Source: Mobula hypostoma
Taxonomy: Eukaryota
DNA: 64,000 bases
Reading direction: 5' to 3'
Assembly: GCF_963921235.1 (NCBI RefSeq)
Contig: NC_086097.1
Coordinates: 3,534,001 to 3,598,000 of the forward strand
The notes under the pieces were generated by a model. It worked only from the letters and a program-made list of their open reading frames with translations, did not search any database and had not been told where the DNA came from. The translations under genes and the position numbers were made by a program. Of this stretch, positions 62,150 through 64,000 are shown piece after piece (the first letter of the stretch is position 1; each line of letters begins with the position of its first letter).

Positions 62150-62981
62150 CAGGTTACGTGCCCCTTATCCAAAATTCCAAAATCCTAAATCCTCAATCCT
62201 CTGAATTCTGACTTGTTTCAATTGCTAACATGACATCACAAATGTCAAATTCCGCAAGGTGCTGGGAAGGTTCCCAGGCGAAGCGCAGATCTCTGCTCAC
62301 CACAGACATTTCTGAGAAATGATCTCACATGTGTAATGCACAGAAGTTAATGAAAAATAGCAAATATGAAACAAGCAAAGATCTATCACAAAGAACTGAA
62401 AATTGAAGGTAATGGTGAATATTCAGCAGGCTGGTTGCAGAAATTTAAAAAAAGGCATGGCATTAAATTTTGAAAGATTTAAAAAAATTTTAAAGATTTA
62501 GTGTCTGCTGATCATGAAGCATTGATAAGTTTGCGAAGCTGAAAACCTAGCACCAGAACAATCACAAATGCTGATTGTTTCTATACCATACATAAATCCT
62601 AAAAAACATAAAGTACAAATACAGTATATTGTAACCTTTTAATCAAACCACAGCATCGTAGGTGGAGACTGAAAGCCTGCTGTTGTTTGTTGTGCTTGAA
62701 CAGCTATTTCAGGGATTCTCCCGATGCTGTTGTGCTGCCCTTGTTACCCTGCACATCTTATATTTTCATTACATTAATAGTAGGTAATGTTTTTTTACTG
62801 TTATGTACTGATGTGGGCTGAGCAAGTTTAAGACAAACACTGCTTAGTGGTAGAACATAAATTCAGAGCCGGCAATAAAGGTAATCCCAAACTACCTCAT
62901 TATATATTCCAACATCCAAAAAAATCCAAATTCCAAAACGCTTCCAGCCCCAAGCATTTTGGACAAGGGGTACTCAACCTG
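62150..62981 (+). mobile_element. Tigger/pogo-family DNA transposon, internally deleted (Tigger4/Zombi-like)
   Basis: TIRs CAGGTTACGTGCCCCTTATCCAAAAT / ATTTTGGACAAGGGGTACTCAACCTG+TA; transposase remnant ELKIEGNGEYSAGWLQKFKKRHGIKF..SADHEA. Confidence 0.9.
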
Positions 62982-63101
62982 TATTAGTCAACATAAAATG
63001 ACAAGACATATGTTCTTCTAACAGTTCCACATATTTTAAAGATGCATCTATTAAAATAAATCGGGTGGTTTATTTAGATATTTTTCACTGAGAAGATAGT
63101 A

Positions 63102-63565
63102 CGCTCACTGCTCACTTTATTAAGTACCTAATTAAGTGGCTACTGAGTATGCTAATGGTCATCTGTGCTGTAGCCCATCCTCTGTATGTTCCGAGATGCT
63201 CTTCTGCACAACACTGTTGTAATGTGTGGTTATTTGAATTATTGTTGCCTTCCTGTTAGCTTGAACCATTCTGGACATTCTCCTCTGACCTTACCTATTA
63301 ACAAGGATTTTTGCCTACAGAATTGCTGCTCACTGGATATTTTTTTGTTTTTCGTGTCATTCTCTGTAAACTCTAGAGACTTGTGCAAATCCCACAAGAT
63401 CAGCAGTTTCTGAGATACTGAAACCATTCCGCTTGGCATCAACAATCAATTCACGGTCAAAGTCACTTAGATCACATCTTTTCCCCATTCTGATATTTGG
63501 ATAGAACAACAACAACTGAGCCACTTGGCCATCTCTGCATGCTTTAATGCACTGAGCTGCTGCTT
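63102..63565 (-). mobile_element. Tc1-like DNA transposon derivative
   Basis: TIR-like C(G)CTCACTGCTCACTTTATTAAGTACC after TA; minus-strand remnant ISETADLVGFA..SSEQQFCRQK of a Tc1 DNA-binding domain. Confidence 0.82.
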
Positions 63566-64000
63566 TAAACTGGACTGCAGTGGAATATGCACTGCAGAGA
63601 TAGGTCAGTTAGTATACAAGTTGATGCAGTGTGTAGCGGGACTGGGAGGATTGACAAGCAGATTATAGGGCAAAACTGTAGTTGGGGATGAGGTGAAGCG
63701 CAAAATCGAAATGAGTGATGAATACAGGAGTGAAGGTGTTATATTTGAATGCACAGAGTATCTGGAATAAGGTAGATGAACTTCAAGCGCAGTTAGAGAT
63801 GGGTAGGTATGATGTTCTGGGCATCTCCAAGTTGTGGCAGAGGTGGTGGGGGTTGATAGAAAATGAAATCAAATCTTTAAAAAGAAGTGACACAGGATTG
63901 GAAAATGTAGAGTTAAGAAACTGCAAGGATAAAAAGAGTTGTATACAAGCCTCCAAACAGTGACAATGAAGTGGGGTATGAATTTCAATGGGAAATAGAA
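63566..64000 (+). mobile_element. CR1 LINE ORF2 start (endonuclease), runs off the window
   Basis: MNTGVKVLYLNAQSIWNKVDELQAQL. Confidence 0.85.

Overview
This is eukaryotic, repeat-dominated genomic DNA, most likely from a cartilaginous fish (ray/batoid). That is an inference from HE1-like V-SINEs sharing 3' ends with CR1 LINEs, plus abundant Rex1/Babar and Penelope elements. I could not identify a host protein-coding gene, and there are no prokaryotic features; the window looks intronic or intergenic. Almost all long ORFs come from decayed or nested transposable elements: CR1, Rex1/Babar and RTE LINEs, Penelope-like elements, a Tf1/sushi-type Gypsy element, a solo LTR, V-SINEs, and Tc1- and Tigger-like DNA transposons. 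The most interesting signals are RNA structures. (1) A full-length ~420-bp non-autonomous RTE-derived retroposon (54016-54433) starts exactly at a predicted HDV-like double-pseudoknot ribozyme fold; a sibling copy shares a 41-nt identical 3' tail with an RTE LINE in this window. (2) Penelope repeats carry minimal hammerhead ribozymes, including a TSD-flanked 89-bp inverted dimer whose only two mismatches each hit a catalytic-core base. (3) The Gypsy LTR has a self-priming layout. Element boundaries were read by eye and are approximate unless TSD coordinates are given.
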